A DNA stretch of 63,328 bases, filler included, from Octopus bimaculoides (lineage: Eukaryota): assembly GCF_001194135.2 (NCBI RefSeq). It is 5 parts of 5 records of this genome, joined end to end, with 100 filler letters (N's around TTAATTAATTAA, not from the genome) between each part and the next. Parts side by side here need not be neighbours in the genome. Positions count along the whole stretch, not along the records: positions 1 to 14,348 come from NC_069004.1; 4 more parts are not named here. The stretch is one strand, 5' to 3'. The notes beneath the pieces are model-generated. The model did no database searches and was not told the DNA's origin. It saw only the letters and a program-made list of their open reading frames with translations. A program made the translations under genes and the position numbers. How positions within the stretch are numbered: the first letter of the stretch is position 1; each line of letters starts with the position of its first letter. Positions 1-11,820 of this stretch are shown piece after piece.

Positions 1-30
1 ATACACACACACACACATACACACACACAT

Positions 31-67
<37 letters not shown>

Positions 68-230
68 CGACAGACTTCTTTCAGTTTCCATCTACCAAAT
101 CCACTCACAAGGTTTTGGTTGGCCCGAGGCTATAGTAGAAGACACTTGCCCAAGGTGCCACGAAGTGGGACTGAACCCGGAACCATGTGGTTGGTAAGCA
201 AGCTACTTACCACACAGCCACTCCTACGCC
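1..230 (-). mobile_element. SINE family A, 5' half (tRNA-like head, internal TA/TG microsatellite)
   Basis: Near-identical in reverse complement to the copies at 5866 and 47233 (ggagtggctgtgtggtaag...gggttcagtcccact...gaaagaagcccgtcg). Confidence 0.9.
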
Positions 231-292
231 TACATTATATTTATTTTTAGTGATAAAGAAGACAAGATTTGTATGTTCCTATTGGAAGATAT

Positions 293-531
293 GGAGGCGC
301 GTGGCTTAATGGTTAGGGTTTTGGACTCGTGATCGTATGATTGTGGTTTCGACTCCTGGGCCAGGTGTTGCGTTGTATTCTTGAGCAAAACACTTCATTT
401 CATGTTGCTCCAGTCAACTCAGCTGGCAAAAATGAATAATCCTGTGAAGGACTGTGTCCCGTCCAGGTGAGGAATATTTACGTCACGGAAACCAGGAAAC
501 CGGCCATTCGAGTCTAGATGACTCGGAAAGG
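293..531 (+). mobile_element. tRNA-derived SINE with Meta-domain-like core
   Basis: A/B-box-like head (tggcttaatggttagg; gtttcgactcc) followed by gttgtattcttgagcaaaacactt...gtcccgtccagg. Confidence 0.6.
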
Positions 532-835
532 ATCTTTTGTCTTATTGGAGGATACTTTCGAGTTTTCTCTTTATGAAGCTAGTGTAGGTTTTGCGTGAAG
601 CATCTAGATTGCATGTGGGTAACATCATAAAGGGAAGTTTTTTCGTTTTGCTCTTTTTCACTTGTTTTTTTCTATATCGTATCGTCGTGTCCTTGAACTC
701 AGAAGGTTGGTTACCCAGTTTCCATGGCGTATGTAACTAAGATCGCTACATTACCCTTAACTGGGACGCCGGTCCTTGCAGGATTCGAGGCAAGTAGTTT
801 TTATGGGTGAAGGCCTGTCTTTCAATTGCATCGAT

Positions 836-987
836 TCCAGTACTTGAAAAGTACTTTATACTATCGACCCTAAAGGGATGAAAAGCAAAGTTGACTTCAG
901 CATGATTTGAACTGAGAACATAAAGAGCAAGAAGAAATGTTAAATATTTTGTCCGACTCCCTAACGATTCTACCAGTTCGCTACCTT
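836..987 (-). mobile_element. SINE family B, degenerate
   Basis: Diverged match to gatgaaaggcaaagtcgacctcggcggaatttgaactcagaac. Confidence 0.7.
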
Positions 988-1714
988 ATAGCAGGAAAGA
1001 ATATATATATGTGTGTGNNNNNNNNNNNNNNNNNNNNNNNNNNNNNNNNNNNNNNNNNNNNNNNNNNNNNNNNNNNNNNNNNNNNNNNNNNNNNNNNNNN
1101 NNNNNNNNNNNNNNNNNNNNNNNNNNNNNNNNNNNNNNNNNNNNNNNNNNNNNNNNNNNNNNNNNNNNNNNNNNNNNNNNNNNNNNNNNNNNNNNNNNNN
1201 NNNNNNNNNNNNNNNNNNNNNNNNNNNNNNNNNNNNNNNNNNNNNNNNNNNNNNNNNNNNNNNNNNNNNNNNNNNNNNNNNNNNNNNNNNNNNNNNNNNN
1301 NNNNNNNNNNNNNNNNNNNNNNNNNNNNNNNNNNNNNNNNNNNNNNNNNNNNNNNNNNNNNNNNNNNNNNNNNNNNNNNNNNNNNNNNNNNNNNNNNNNN
1401 NNNNNNNNNNNNNNNNNNNNNNNNNNNNNNNNNNNNNNNNNNNNNNNNNNNNNNNNNNNNNNNNNNNNNNNNNNNNNNNNNNNNNNNNNNNNNNNNNNNN
1501 NNNNNNNNNNNNNNNNNNNNNNNNNNNNNNNNNNNNNNNNNNNNNNTACGCCACAGAATCCTGGAAACCCGCATTAGGAGCCTGTGGCTCGAGAAGGACC
1601 TTTCTGATTAAGAAGAAGAAAAAAAACAGTACAAGAAGTATCGTAGTTTTCCCTAACCGTAATTTCTGTAACCCTGATATTAGCTTTTATTTATAGATTA
1701 TGTATAACCTATTA

Positions 1715-2131
1715 GGCGCGGACGTGGCTGTGTGCTAAGAAGCTTGCTTTTCAAAACATGGTTCCGGGTTCAGTCCCACTTCGTGGCACTTTGTGTGTCT
1801 TCTACTATAACCTCGGGCAGACAAAAGCCTTGTGAGTGGATTTGGTAGACGGAAACTGGAAGAAGTCCGTCGTGTGTGTGTGTGTGCGTGTGCGTGTGTG
1901 TGTTTATATCTATGTATATGTGGCTCTGTGTTTGTCTCCTCGTAACCGCTTCACAACCGGTGCTGGAGTGTTTACGTCCCCGTGATTAGCGGTTCGGCAA
2001 GGGACCAATAGAATAAGTACTAGGCTTCAAAAAATAAGTCACGGGGTCGAATTGTTCGACTAAAACCCCTTCAAGGCGGCGCTCCAACACGGCCGCAGTC
2101 TAATGACTGAAACAAGTAAAAGATAAAAGAT
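1715..2131 (+). mobile_element. SINE family A, full length
   Basis: Head, internal (TG)n, gaataagtactaggc...ggggtcga core and gtaaaagataaaaga tail. Confidence 0.9.
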
Positions 2132-2672
2132 ATTAATTAGATTTCTCTTTATAATAACCATTAACAGCCCATTCTATGATTTTAAAATTAACTGCTATGT
2201 ACCTGTGGCTGATGCATACAGCTAAATTTATTTCTTGAACACTCACCAATTCCGATATTACTAAAATAACTTTATAAATCACGAACGATCGATATCCACC
2301 TTCGATGTGAATACACACAGTTAGACAGGAACTTAACAACAAGTCATTAATTAAAAGAAGAAAAAGACCAGCAGTGATTTAAATTTCCTGGTCGCTTTTA
2401 GACATTAAAAGAACTTCCACTAATAATACCAATTTCAGCTTCCCTTCCATTCACACATACCTATCGCCACTCATCGCTAATCGGTGCGCTCACGCACAAT
2501 CTGCTTGCATCTCGTCTTACAATTCCGGTTTCTGCTTCTTTTGACCTCTCATATTTTCCCGTTGTATCCCAAATAGCTATCGTCTCTCCATATCTACCGG
2601 ACTTCTTGTTCTTCAGAAGTCTTCTATATTCTTCCTGAAGTCACTTAAAACTATATTGATATTTAAAACTAT

Positions 2673-3084
2673 ACTCTTTTGCTCTCTTTTACTTGTTTCA
2701 GTCATTTGACTGCGACCATGCTGGAGCACTGCTTTTATAGTCGAGCAAATCGACCCCAGGACTTATTCTTTGTAAGCCTAGTACTTATTCTATCGGTCTC
2801 TTTTGCCGAACCGCTAAGTTACGGGGACGTAAACACACCAGCATCGGTTGCCAAGTGATGGTGGTGGGGGACAAACACAGACACAAACACATACACACAC
2901 ATATATATATACATATATATACGACGGGCTTCTTTCAGTTTCCGTCTACCAAATCCACTCACAAGGCTTTGGTCGGCCCGAATCTATAGTAGAAGACACT
3001 TGCCCAAGGTGCCACGCAGTGGGACAGAACCTGGAACCATGTGGCTGGTAAGCAAGCTACTTACCACACAGCCACGCCTGCGCC
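2673..3084 (-). mobile_element. SINE family A, full length
   Basis: Reverse complement of the 1715 copy, with (CTCTTTTA)n tail at left. Confidence 0.9.
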
Positions 3085-3094
3085 TGTAATGCCG

Positions 3095-3156
3095 TTCCCA
3101 TGCCGGGAATCGAACCCGGGCCGCCTGGGTGAAAGCCAGGACTCCTAACCACTATA
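3095..3156 (-). pseudogene. 5'-truncated tRNA-Glu(TTC) pseudogene
   Basis: Minus strand reads tatagtggttaggagtcctggcTTTCacccaggcggcccgggttcgattcccggcatgggaa: anticodon stem cctgg/ccagg, TTC anticodon and intact T-arm; the 5' acceptor strand is missing. Confidence 0.8.
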
Positions 3157-3570
3157 TTAATATTTAACTCAATAACATGTATTAAATCACTTGCCACTGG
3201 ATGGCTTGGTTTTCTCTCTGTACAAACGTTTTATTAACTAACCTATATCGTTTAAATTGCACATGATGGTAGAGTAACTCTTTCACTATATGAAGGTACT
3301 GCTCAACATACTCTCCATTACAAGCAATATGCTTGTGCCATCGTTGAACCCTGATTCAAGAGGTATCACAAATTGTCGGTGCGGGTATCGCTGTGATGAG
3401 TGCGAGCCGTCCATCTTCCACCGGAGCGTGATTCAGAGAGTGTATGTGATTACTTAAACGCAAAACTCACCAAGAGCGATATCTCAGCTACCGCTTGAGT
3501 AAACATCTCAAGTGATTTCTTATTTTATGTCATCGAGGAAATACTGACTGCCCTCCTCTTCAAATGTTTC

Positions 3571-3803
3571 CTATTTCTGTGCTGCCCACAGGCGGCTACA
3601 CACAGAGGGGACAAACAAGGACAGACAAACGGATTAAGTCGATTATATCAACCGCAGTGCATAACTGGTACTTATTTAATCGACCCCGAAAGGATGAAAG
3701 GCAAAGTCGACCTCGGCGGAATTTGAACTCAGAACGTAGCGGCAGACGAAATACCGCTAAGCATTTCGCCCGGCTTGCTAACGTTTCTGCCATATCACCA
3801 CCT
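3571..3803 (-). mobile_element. SINE family B (gtttgtcccctctgtgtgtagcc tail subtype)
   Basis: Near-identical to 4923-5156. Confidence 0.9.
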
Positions 3804-4089
3804 TCAAATGTTTCCATTCACCTGCTGACCCTCTACCTACTCCTCCACCAAATTCCCCCACAATGTACGTAAACCTTTAAAAAATAATATATTTGCAAAG
3901 CGGTCCTTCTCTGAGGTATGAAATGATACCAATTTTTTCTTTTCTTTTCTTTTTTTATAAGATGGTGCCGCTTACGATCTCATCATCTTAATATCTTGGA
4001 GTCATTCCTTATCTCAGAAGATGACCATCGTTCTACACACAATGCACACCAACGGACTTCTTAAAGGCGATCCGAGCCCACTCTTCTTT

Positions 4090-4440
4090 TCGGCCAATTC
4101 GAAAGGCTAGAGAGAGGAGGACGATATCATAAACCTCATATTGCCCATAGCTGCTTAAGATTATAGTTGCAGCCAGTTGTAAGGGCACATCTCACGCTGT
4201 TGGGCGATTCATTGAGGACTTCCCAGCCGAACCTAAACCGACGGAATCTCTGTGTCGTCATTAAGAAACTTGACTGGAAGAATGCTTTTAGACTGCAGTT
4301 CAAGATATCGAACAACATCACGATCCTCCCGTTCCCTGGTAACATGTCGTTAAGTTAAGATGTGACCTGCACCGATACTTTCTCCAGCAGTACCAACGTC
4401 AAACCTAGATTTCACAGCAGAAGGGTCACAACCTAACGAA
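4090..4440 (+). mobile_element. Decayed non-LTR reverse-transcriptase fragment, CRE-like
   Basis: Frameshifted peptides GGRYHKPHIAHSCLRL, SCKGTSHAVGRFI, VVIKKLDWKNAF and AEGSQ occur in the order of the CRE-type RT motifs GGIRPIA, GCEAAVHA, KLDFKNAF and EGVQQG. Confidence 0.45.
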
Positions 4441-4735
4441 CTACGGAAAAAAAACTTTGATACAGGTTTCTTTACAAACCTATAGCGGTGCAACATCTGA
4501 CTTTGTGGAACTTCCTTAGCTATCGCCCTACCCAAGTTTATTGAAATAGAGATTACCATCTGCACGAATGAGTCCTGCGATATAGAATGCCTCTTTTCGC
4601 GTAGCTCCTTTGCCATTTTTTGCAGTAGCATATTCGCCATTTCCTTTGTCGATTCTACAAAACATTTCCATGCATCGCTGTAATATATATCTCAAACCAA
4701 ACTAACATTTACGTAGCAACGTTACTTGTCGTTAT

Positions 4736-5156
4736 GTTCTTATTTCTTTATTGCCCACAAGGGGCTAAACATAGAGGGGACAAACAAGGACAGACAAAGG
4801 GATTAAGACAATTACATCAACCCCAGTGCACAACTGGTACTTAATTTATCGACCCCGAAAGGATGAAAGGCAAAGTCGACCTCGGCGGAATTTGAACTCA
4901 GAACGTAACGGCAGACAAAATACCTATTTCTTTACTGCCCACAAGGGGCTACACACAGAGGGGACAAACAAGGACAGACAAACGGATTAAGTCGATTATA
5001 TCGACCCCAGTGCGTAACTGGTACTTAATTTATCGACCTCGAAAGGATGAAAGGCAAAGTCGACCTCGGCGGAATTTGAACTCAGAACGTAGCGGCAGAC
5101 GAAATACCGCTAAGCATTTCGCCCGGCGTGCTAACGTTTCTGCCAGCTCGTCGCCT
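4736..5156 (-). mobile_element. SINE family B tandem dimer (one full unit plus one 5'-truncated unit)
   Basis: A ~190-bp unit is directly repeated with the junction at ~4923 (aaatacc|tatttctttactgccc). Confidence 0.9.
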
Positions 5157-5394
5157 TTAGAACATAACTTGTCATCATGTTCTAAGCGCTCTGTCTGTCT
5201 TCCATTTCTGACAAGTTCATGTGCGAGAGATGTGCGTGCGTGCGTGCGTGCGTGTCCAAGTGTGTGTGTGTATGTGTGTGTGATTTGGCCATGTAAATAT
5301 TTGGCTAAGTAAATAACTGACTAATTGACTACTTATATGTACCTGTGTGAGTTTGTATGTGCGGAAAAAGAGATAGGGGTAGAGTGAGAAGGAG

Positions 5395-5445
<51 letters not shown>

Positions 5446-5455
5446 NNNNNNNNNN

Positions 5456-5511
<56 letters not shown>

Positions 5512-5614
5512 GACAGGTGGAGAGATGGACAACTAGAAGGGCAAACAGACGGACAGGTAGTTATGTGTAGGTATGCAAATATTTTGTAGGCAGGTAGGAA
5601 GTTGATAAGTGAAA

Positions 5615-5663
<49 letters not shown>

Positions 5664-5865
5664 CGCGTGCGCGCGTGTATGGCTGATAAGCGGACGGAAG
5701 TACTGGCGGACAGGTAGATAGGTAGTCAGACAGACAGACAATCATGTGTCACCTTTATAAATGTGATAATATTTTTTTATATTCAATTATAAATATGTGC
5801 TCGTGTTGAAATATTTGTAATATTTTTCAGCAACAACAATGAAAGTATGCAAAAAATGAAAATAT

Positions 5866-6176
5866 GTAGGAGTGGTTGTGTGGTAGGTAGCTTGCTTACC
5901 AACCACATGGGCCCGGGTTCAGTCCCACTGCGTGGCAACTTGGGCAAGTGTCTTCTACTATAGCCTCGGGCCGACCAAAGCCTTATGAGTGGATTTGGTA
6001 GACGGAAACTGAAAGAAGCCCGTCGTATATGTGAATATATATATGTATGTGTGTATGTGTTTGTGTGTCTGTGTTTGTCCCCCCAACATCGCTTGACAAC
6101 CGATGCTGGTGTGTTTATGTCCCCGTAACCCTAGCGGTTCGGCAAAAGAGACCTATAGAATAAGTACTAGGCTTAC
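5866..6176 (+). mobile_element. SINE family A, cut by gap
   Basis: High identity to the other A copies. Confidence 0.9.
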
Positions 6177-6651
6177 NNNNNNNNNNNNNNNNNNNNNNNN
6201 NNNNNNNNNNNNNNNNNNNNNNNNNNNNNNNNNNNNNNNNNNNNNNNNNNNNNNNNNNNNNNNNNNNNNNNNNNNNNNNNNNNNNNNNNNNNNNNNNNNN
6301 NNNNNNNNNNNNNNNNNNNNNNNNNNNNNNNNNNNNNNNNNNNNNNNNNNNNNNNNNNNNNNNNNNNNNNNNNNNNNNNNNNNNNNNNNNNNNNNNNNNN
6401 NNNNNNNNNNNNNNNNNNNNNNNNNNNNNNNNNNNNNNNNNNNNNNNNNNNNNNNNNNNNNNNNNNNNNNNNNNNNNNNNNNNNNNNNNNNNNNNNNNNN
6501 NNNNNNNNNNNNNNNNNNNNNNNNNNNNNNNNNNNNNNNNNNNNNNNNNNNNNNNNNNNNNNNNNNNNNNNNNNNNNNNNNNNNNNNNNNNNNNNNNNNN
6601 NNNNNNNNNNNNNNNNNNNNNNNNNNNNNNNNNNNNNNNNNNNNNNNNNNN

Positions 6652-6775
6652 NGCAGAAAGATAATGGCGAACCTCTGCTGACTCTTTCGCCACAACTTTC
6701 TCTCACCCATTCTTCCTGCATCTAGCAGCTCACCTGCGACGGACCGGCGTCCCATCCAGGTGTGTACTCACACAC
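6652..6775 (+). mobile_element. SINE family C fragment with alternative (Meta-like) 3' part
   Basis: ggcgaacctctgctgactctttcgccacaactttctctcac matches the family C body and is followed by cctgcgacggaccggcgtcccatccagg. Confidence 0.6.
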
Positions 6776-6899
6776 GTGTATCTCTATGTGCGTGTGTGTG
6801 TGTGTGTGTGTGCGTGCGTATATACAAAATTTATTCATGTGTATGTCTATTTCTATACGCTGTTTTTCCTTCTTCTCTCTGTCTCTCTTTCCTTCTCTG

Positions 6900-6932
<33 letters not shown>

Positions 6933-7079
6933 GTCATTCACTCACTTTCTCTCCCTTTATCTAATCCACCTCCCACCTTCCAATGTCTCAATCTTAACTC
7001 ACTCTAACACCCAAACACCCACACCATTCCAGTACCGATAGTTCTTCGATAAATCACTCCGCATTCACTACTAACACAA

Positions 7080-8420
7080 ACAACCACCACCACCACCAAA
7101 ACCACCACTACCACCACCACCACCACTACCACCACAACCACCACCACCACCACCACCACTACCACCACTACCACCCGACACCATTATCATAATTAATAGN
7201 NNNNNNNNNNNNNNNNNNNNNNNNNNNNNNNNNNNNNNNNNNNNNNNNNNNNNNNNNNNNNNNNNNNNNNNNNNNNNNNNNNNNNNNNNNNNNNNNNNNN
7301 NNNNNNNNNNNNNNNNNNNNNNNNNNNNNNNNNNNNNNNNNNNNNNNNNNNNNNNNNNNNNNNNNNNNNNNNNNNNNNNNNNNNNNNNNNNNNNNNNNNN
7401 NNNNNNNNNNNNNNNNNNNNNNNNNNNNNNNNNNNNNNNNNNNNNNNNNNNNNNNNNNNNNNNNNNNNNNNNNNNNNNNNNNNNNNNNNNNNNNNNNNNN
7501 NNNNNNNNNNNNNNNNNNNNNNNNNNNNNNNNNNNNNNNNNNNNNNNNNNNNNNNNNNNNNNNNNNNNNNNNNNNNNNNNNNNNNNNNNNNNNNNNNNNN
7601 NNNNNNNNNNNNNNNNNNNNNNNNNNNNNNNNNNNNNNNNNNNNNNNNNNNNNNNNNNNNNNNNNNNNNNNNNNNNNNNNNNNNNNNNNNNNNNNNNNNN
7701 NNNNNNNNNNNNNNNNNNNNNNNNNNNNNNNNNNNNNNNNNNNNNNNNNNNNNNNNNNNNNNNNNNNNNNNNNNNNNNNNNNNNNNNNNNNNNNNNNNNN
7801 NNNNNNNNNNNNNNNNNNNNNNNNNNNNNNNNNNNNNNNNNNNNNNNNNNNNNNNNNNNNNNNNNNNNNNNNNNNNNNNNNNNNNNNNNNNNNNNNNNNN
7901 NNNNNNNNNNNNNNNNNNNNNNNNNNNNNNNNNNNNNNNNNNNNNNNNNNNNNNNNNNNNNNNNNNNNNNNNNNNNNNNNNNNNNNNNNNNNNNNNNNNN
8001 NNNNNNNNNNNNNNNNNNNNNNNNNNNNNNNNNNNNNNNNNNNNNNNNNNNNNNNNNNNNNNNNNNNNNNNNNNNNNNNNNNNNNNNNNNNNNNNNNNNN
8101 NNNNNNNNNNNNNNNNNNNNNNNNNNNNNNNNNNNNNNNNNNNNNNNNNNNNNNNNNNNNNNNNNNNNNNNNNNNNNNNNNCTGGTGGTGGTAGTATTGG
8201 TGGTAGTGGTAGTGGGGGGGGGTCGTGCAGCAGCAGTAGCAATAGCAGTAGCGGCAGTAGTAGTAGTAGTGGTAGTAGTAGTAGTAGTAGTAGTAGTAGT
8301 TGTAGTAGCAGCAGAAGCAACAGCACAAGGTGGGGAAAGAGAAACAAAACGATTACGTTCCATGAATAACCGTGATGACGATGATGATGGTGATGATGAT
8401 GATGATGATGATGATGATGA
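7080..8420. repeat. (CAC)n, (GTA)n and (GAT)n trinucleotide low-complexity tract spanning a gap
   Basis: Directly visible triplet runs. Confidence 0.95.
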
Positions 8421-8629
8421 CGATGCGGAGGAGGAGCAGGAGAAGAAAGGAGGGGGCTTGTTTCCGACAGAGGCACATGTTGACGAAAAAAAAAAACTAT
8501 TAGTAAAAACACAGGCCATACCAAGGGATACAGTATAACATAAAAAAGTATAACTGTTTGTATAGAATTTAGACTTATATTAATGTGTATATGAATTGTG
8601 TGTGTGTGTGTGTATGTGTGTGTGTGCAT

Positions 8630-8706
<77 letters not shown>

Positions 8707-9500
8707 GAGAGAAAGAGACATACATACATCCCTAAAACAAACATACAAATCTGCGCATACACTAACACCAAATACTGCACACACACACACACACACACAC
8801 ATATGCACAAATACCTAGATGATGTTGATAAAAGTTCCAATGAAGGAGCCTTGAATCTATGTTAGAGTCCGGCTCTTTCTCTATGGACAAGAAATACAGA
8901 AATGAAACTGATTGATAACATACATACATACATACATACATACATACATACATACATACATACATACGTGTGTGTGTGTGTGTGTGCGTGCGTGTGCGTA
9001 CGTGGGTGCTTACGTACGTACGTGCAGACACTCACACACATTACCAGCAGATACTAGTTAATGATAAAAATACACTTATTGTAAGTTGGCAATGTGATTT
9101 AGTGATGTTCATGCCATTGTCAACGGAATTATCCGACGCAAAAGGCAACGAAGTGTCATTGTTTATTCTCAGTCTAGGATCAACTGCGCCATTAAATCGC
9201 TGTTCCTGTAGAATACATTTTACGCTTCGGCACCCTTCATTGAATGTTCCTGTTATTGCAAGTGTTGTCTGCTGAGATGGGTTCTTTCTCAGGTTTCGTA
9301 GGATTGTGGAGATCAAAGAAGGATTAGCAAGACGTATGAAGAATGCAATGCCTCGCTATTCCTGGAAGACAACAATTAATATACAACCATAAATATACAG
9401 AGGAGGGAAAATACTTGGTGGAATCGACGACCATTTTTTTTATCAAACCAGCATAAATTTGAATTAAATACGGAATAAGCCAGAACAAATAACCAAGAGT

Positions 9501-9579
9501 AAAGAATATAGTAGAAAGGGCTATTAGAAATTAGAACAAAATGTTCTAATTTCTAATAGCCCTTTCTACTATATTCTTT
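9501..9579. repeat. Perfect 37-bp-arm hairpin
   Basis: aaagaatatagtagaaagggctattagaaattagaac-aaaat-gttctaatttctaatagccctttctactatattcttt. Confidence 0.95.
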
Positions 9580-9783
9580 ACTCTTTTACTCTTTTACTTG
9601 TTTCAGTCATTTGGCTGCGGCTATGCTGGAGCACCGCCTTTATAGTCGAGCAAATCGACCCCAGAGCTTATTGTTTGTAAGCCTAGTATTTATTCTATAG
9701 GTCTCTTTTGCCGAACCGCTAAGTTACGGGGACGTAAACACACCAGCATCGGTTGTCAAGTGATGCTGGGGGGACAAGCACAG

Positions 9784-9818
<35 letters not shown>

Positions 9819-9829
9819 CATATACGACG
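9574..9829 (-). mobile_element. SINE family A, 3' half (cut by gap)
   Basis: (CTCTTTTA)n tail followed by cttgtttcagtcatttggctgcgg... Confidence 0.9.
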
Positions 9830-10445
9830 NNNNNNNNNNNNNNNNNNNNNNNNNNNNNNNNNNNNNNNNNNNNNNNNNNNNNNNNNNNNNNNNNNNNNNN
9901 NNNNNNNNNNNNNNNNNNNNNNNNNNNNNNNNNNNNNNNNNNNNNNNNNNNNNNNNNNNNNNNNNNNNNNNNNNNNNNNNNNNNNNNNNNNNNNNNNNNN
10001 NNNNNNNNNNNNNNNNNNNNNNNNNNNNNNNNNNNNNNNNNNNNNNNNNNNNNNNNNNNNNNNNNNNNNNNNNNNNNNNNNNNNNNNNNNNNNNNNNNNN
10101 NNNNNNNNNNNNNNNNNNNNNNNNNNNNNNNNNNNNNNNNNNNNNNNNNNNNNNNNNNNNNNNNNNNNNNNNNNNNNNNNNNNNNNNNNNNNNNNNNNNN
10201 NNNNNNNNNNNNNNNNNNNNNNNNNNNNNNNNNNNNNNNNNNNNNNNNNNNNNNNNNNNNNNNNNNNNNNNNNNNNNNNNNNNNNNNNNNNNNNNNNNNN
10301 NNNNNNNNNNNNNNNNNNNNNNNNNNNNNNNNNNNNNNNNNNNNNNNNNNNNNNNNNNNNNNNNNNNNNNNNNNNNNNNNNNNNNNNNNNNNNNNNNNNN
10401 NNNNNNNNNNNNNNNNNNNNNNNNNNNNNNNNNNNNNNNNNNNNN

Positions 10446-10482
<37 letters not shown>

Positions 10483-10500
10483 AATAATGTTTGTCCACAA

Positions 10501-10728
10501 TTCAACATGTCTGTTCCGTATGAACTGACGTTACTACCATATTTTTAACCCCAAGAGGACGTCTCCTCTAGCTGATTATCGATGCAATCTGCACTTGATA
10601 TATACCGGGTGCAGACTGCATATATATCGGGTGCAGATTGCATCGATAACCAGTTAGAAGAGGCGTCCTCTTGGGGTTGGTTAGAAATATTAGTTAACGT
10701 CAGTTCGTACAGAACAACCATGTTGAAG
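10501..10728. repeat. Imperfect ~100-bp-arm fold-back element
   Basis: caacatg...aactgacgtta...ccccaagaggacg...tcgatgcaatctgcac is mirrored by gtgcagattgcatcga...cgtcctcttgggg...taacgtcagtt...catgttg. Confidence 0.85.
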
Positions 10729-10785
10729 TGGCGATAAACATTACTTCTCAGCATCGACGTATACTTTCAAATCGTATAGAGAATT

Positions 10786-10823
<38 letters not shown>

Positions 10824-10908
10824 AAATCCCCCCCCCCAAAAAAAAACAACATGAGGGACGTGGTACATGCAAAGTATTCGCAGACGCTCAGTGAAAGAAA
10901 AAATGGTG

Positions 10909-10943
10909 GTTTTACGTTTCGAGCAAAGCTCTTCTTCAGAAAC
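10909..10943 (-). ncRNA. Minimal type I hammerhead ribozyme motif, intact core (Penelope-like-element type)
   Basis: Minus strand reads GTTT-CTGAAGA-A-GAGC TTT GCTC-GAA-ACGT-A-AAAC: 4-bp stem I, 4-bp stem II, palindromic stem III, cleavage after GUA. Confidence 0.75.
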
Positions 10944-11820
10944 AGGAGACAGAGGATAGTCCAAGAGAAAAAGGAAGACGGGGGAAAAAGTCGCCAACGA
11001 TTCACATGTGGTTACATTTTGTAAATATATATANNNNNNNNNNNNNNNNNNNNNNNNNNNNNNNNNNNNNNNNNNNNNNNNNNNNNNNNNNNNNNNNNNN
11101 NNNNNNNNNNNNNNNNNNNNNNNNNNNNNNNNNNNNNNNNNNNNNNNNNNNNNNNNNNNNNNNNNNNNNNNNNNNNNNNNNNNNNNNNNNNNNNNNNNNN
11201 NNNNNNNNNNNNNNNNNNNNNNNNNNNNNNNNNNNNNNNNNNNNNNNNNNNNNNNNNNNNNNNNNNNNNNNNNNNNNNNNNNNNNNNNNNNNNNNNNNNN
11301 NNNNNNNNNNNNNNNNNNNNNNNNNNNNNNNNNNNNNNNNNNNNNNNNNNNNNNNNNNNNNNNNNNNNNNNNNNNNNNNNNNNNNNNNNNNNNNNNNNNN
11401 NNNNNNNNNNNNNNNNNNNNNNNNNNNNNNNNNNNNNNNNNNNNNNNNNNNNNNNNNNNNNNNNNNNNNNNNNNNNNNNNNNNNNNNNNNNNNNNNNNNN
11501 NNNNNNNNNNNNNNNNNNNNNNNNNNNNNNNNNNNNNNNNNNNNNNNNNNNNNNNNNNNNNNNNNNNNNNNNNNNNNNNNNNNNNNNNNNNNNNNNNNNN
11601 NNNNNNNNNNNNNNNNNNNNNNNNNNNNNNNNNNNNNNNNNNNNNNNNNNNNNNNNNNNNNNNNNNNNNNNNNNNNNNNNNNNNNNNNNNNNNNNNNNNN
11701 NNNNNNNNNNNNNNNNNNNNNNNNNNNNNNNNNNNNNNNNNNNNNNNNNNNNNNNNNNNNNNNNNNNNNNNNNNNNNNNNNNNNNNNNNNNNNNNNNNNN
11801 NNNNNNNNNNNNNNNNNNNN

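Noticed and set aside
7071-8538. Poly-T/S/D/V ORFs resembling mucin or acidic proteins
   Set aside because: Pure trinucleotide repeats spanning a 1-kb gap
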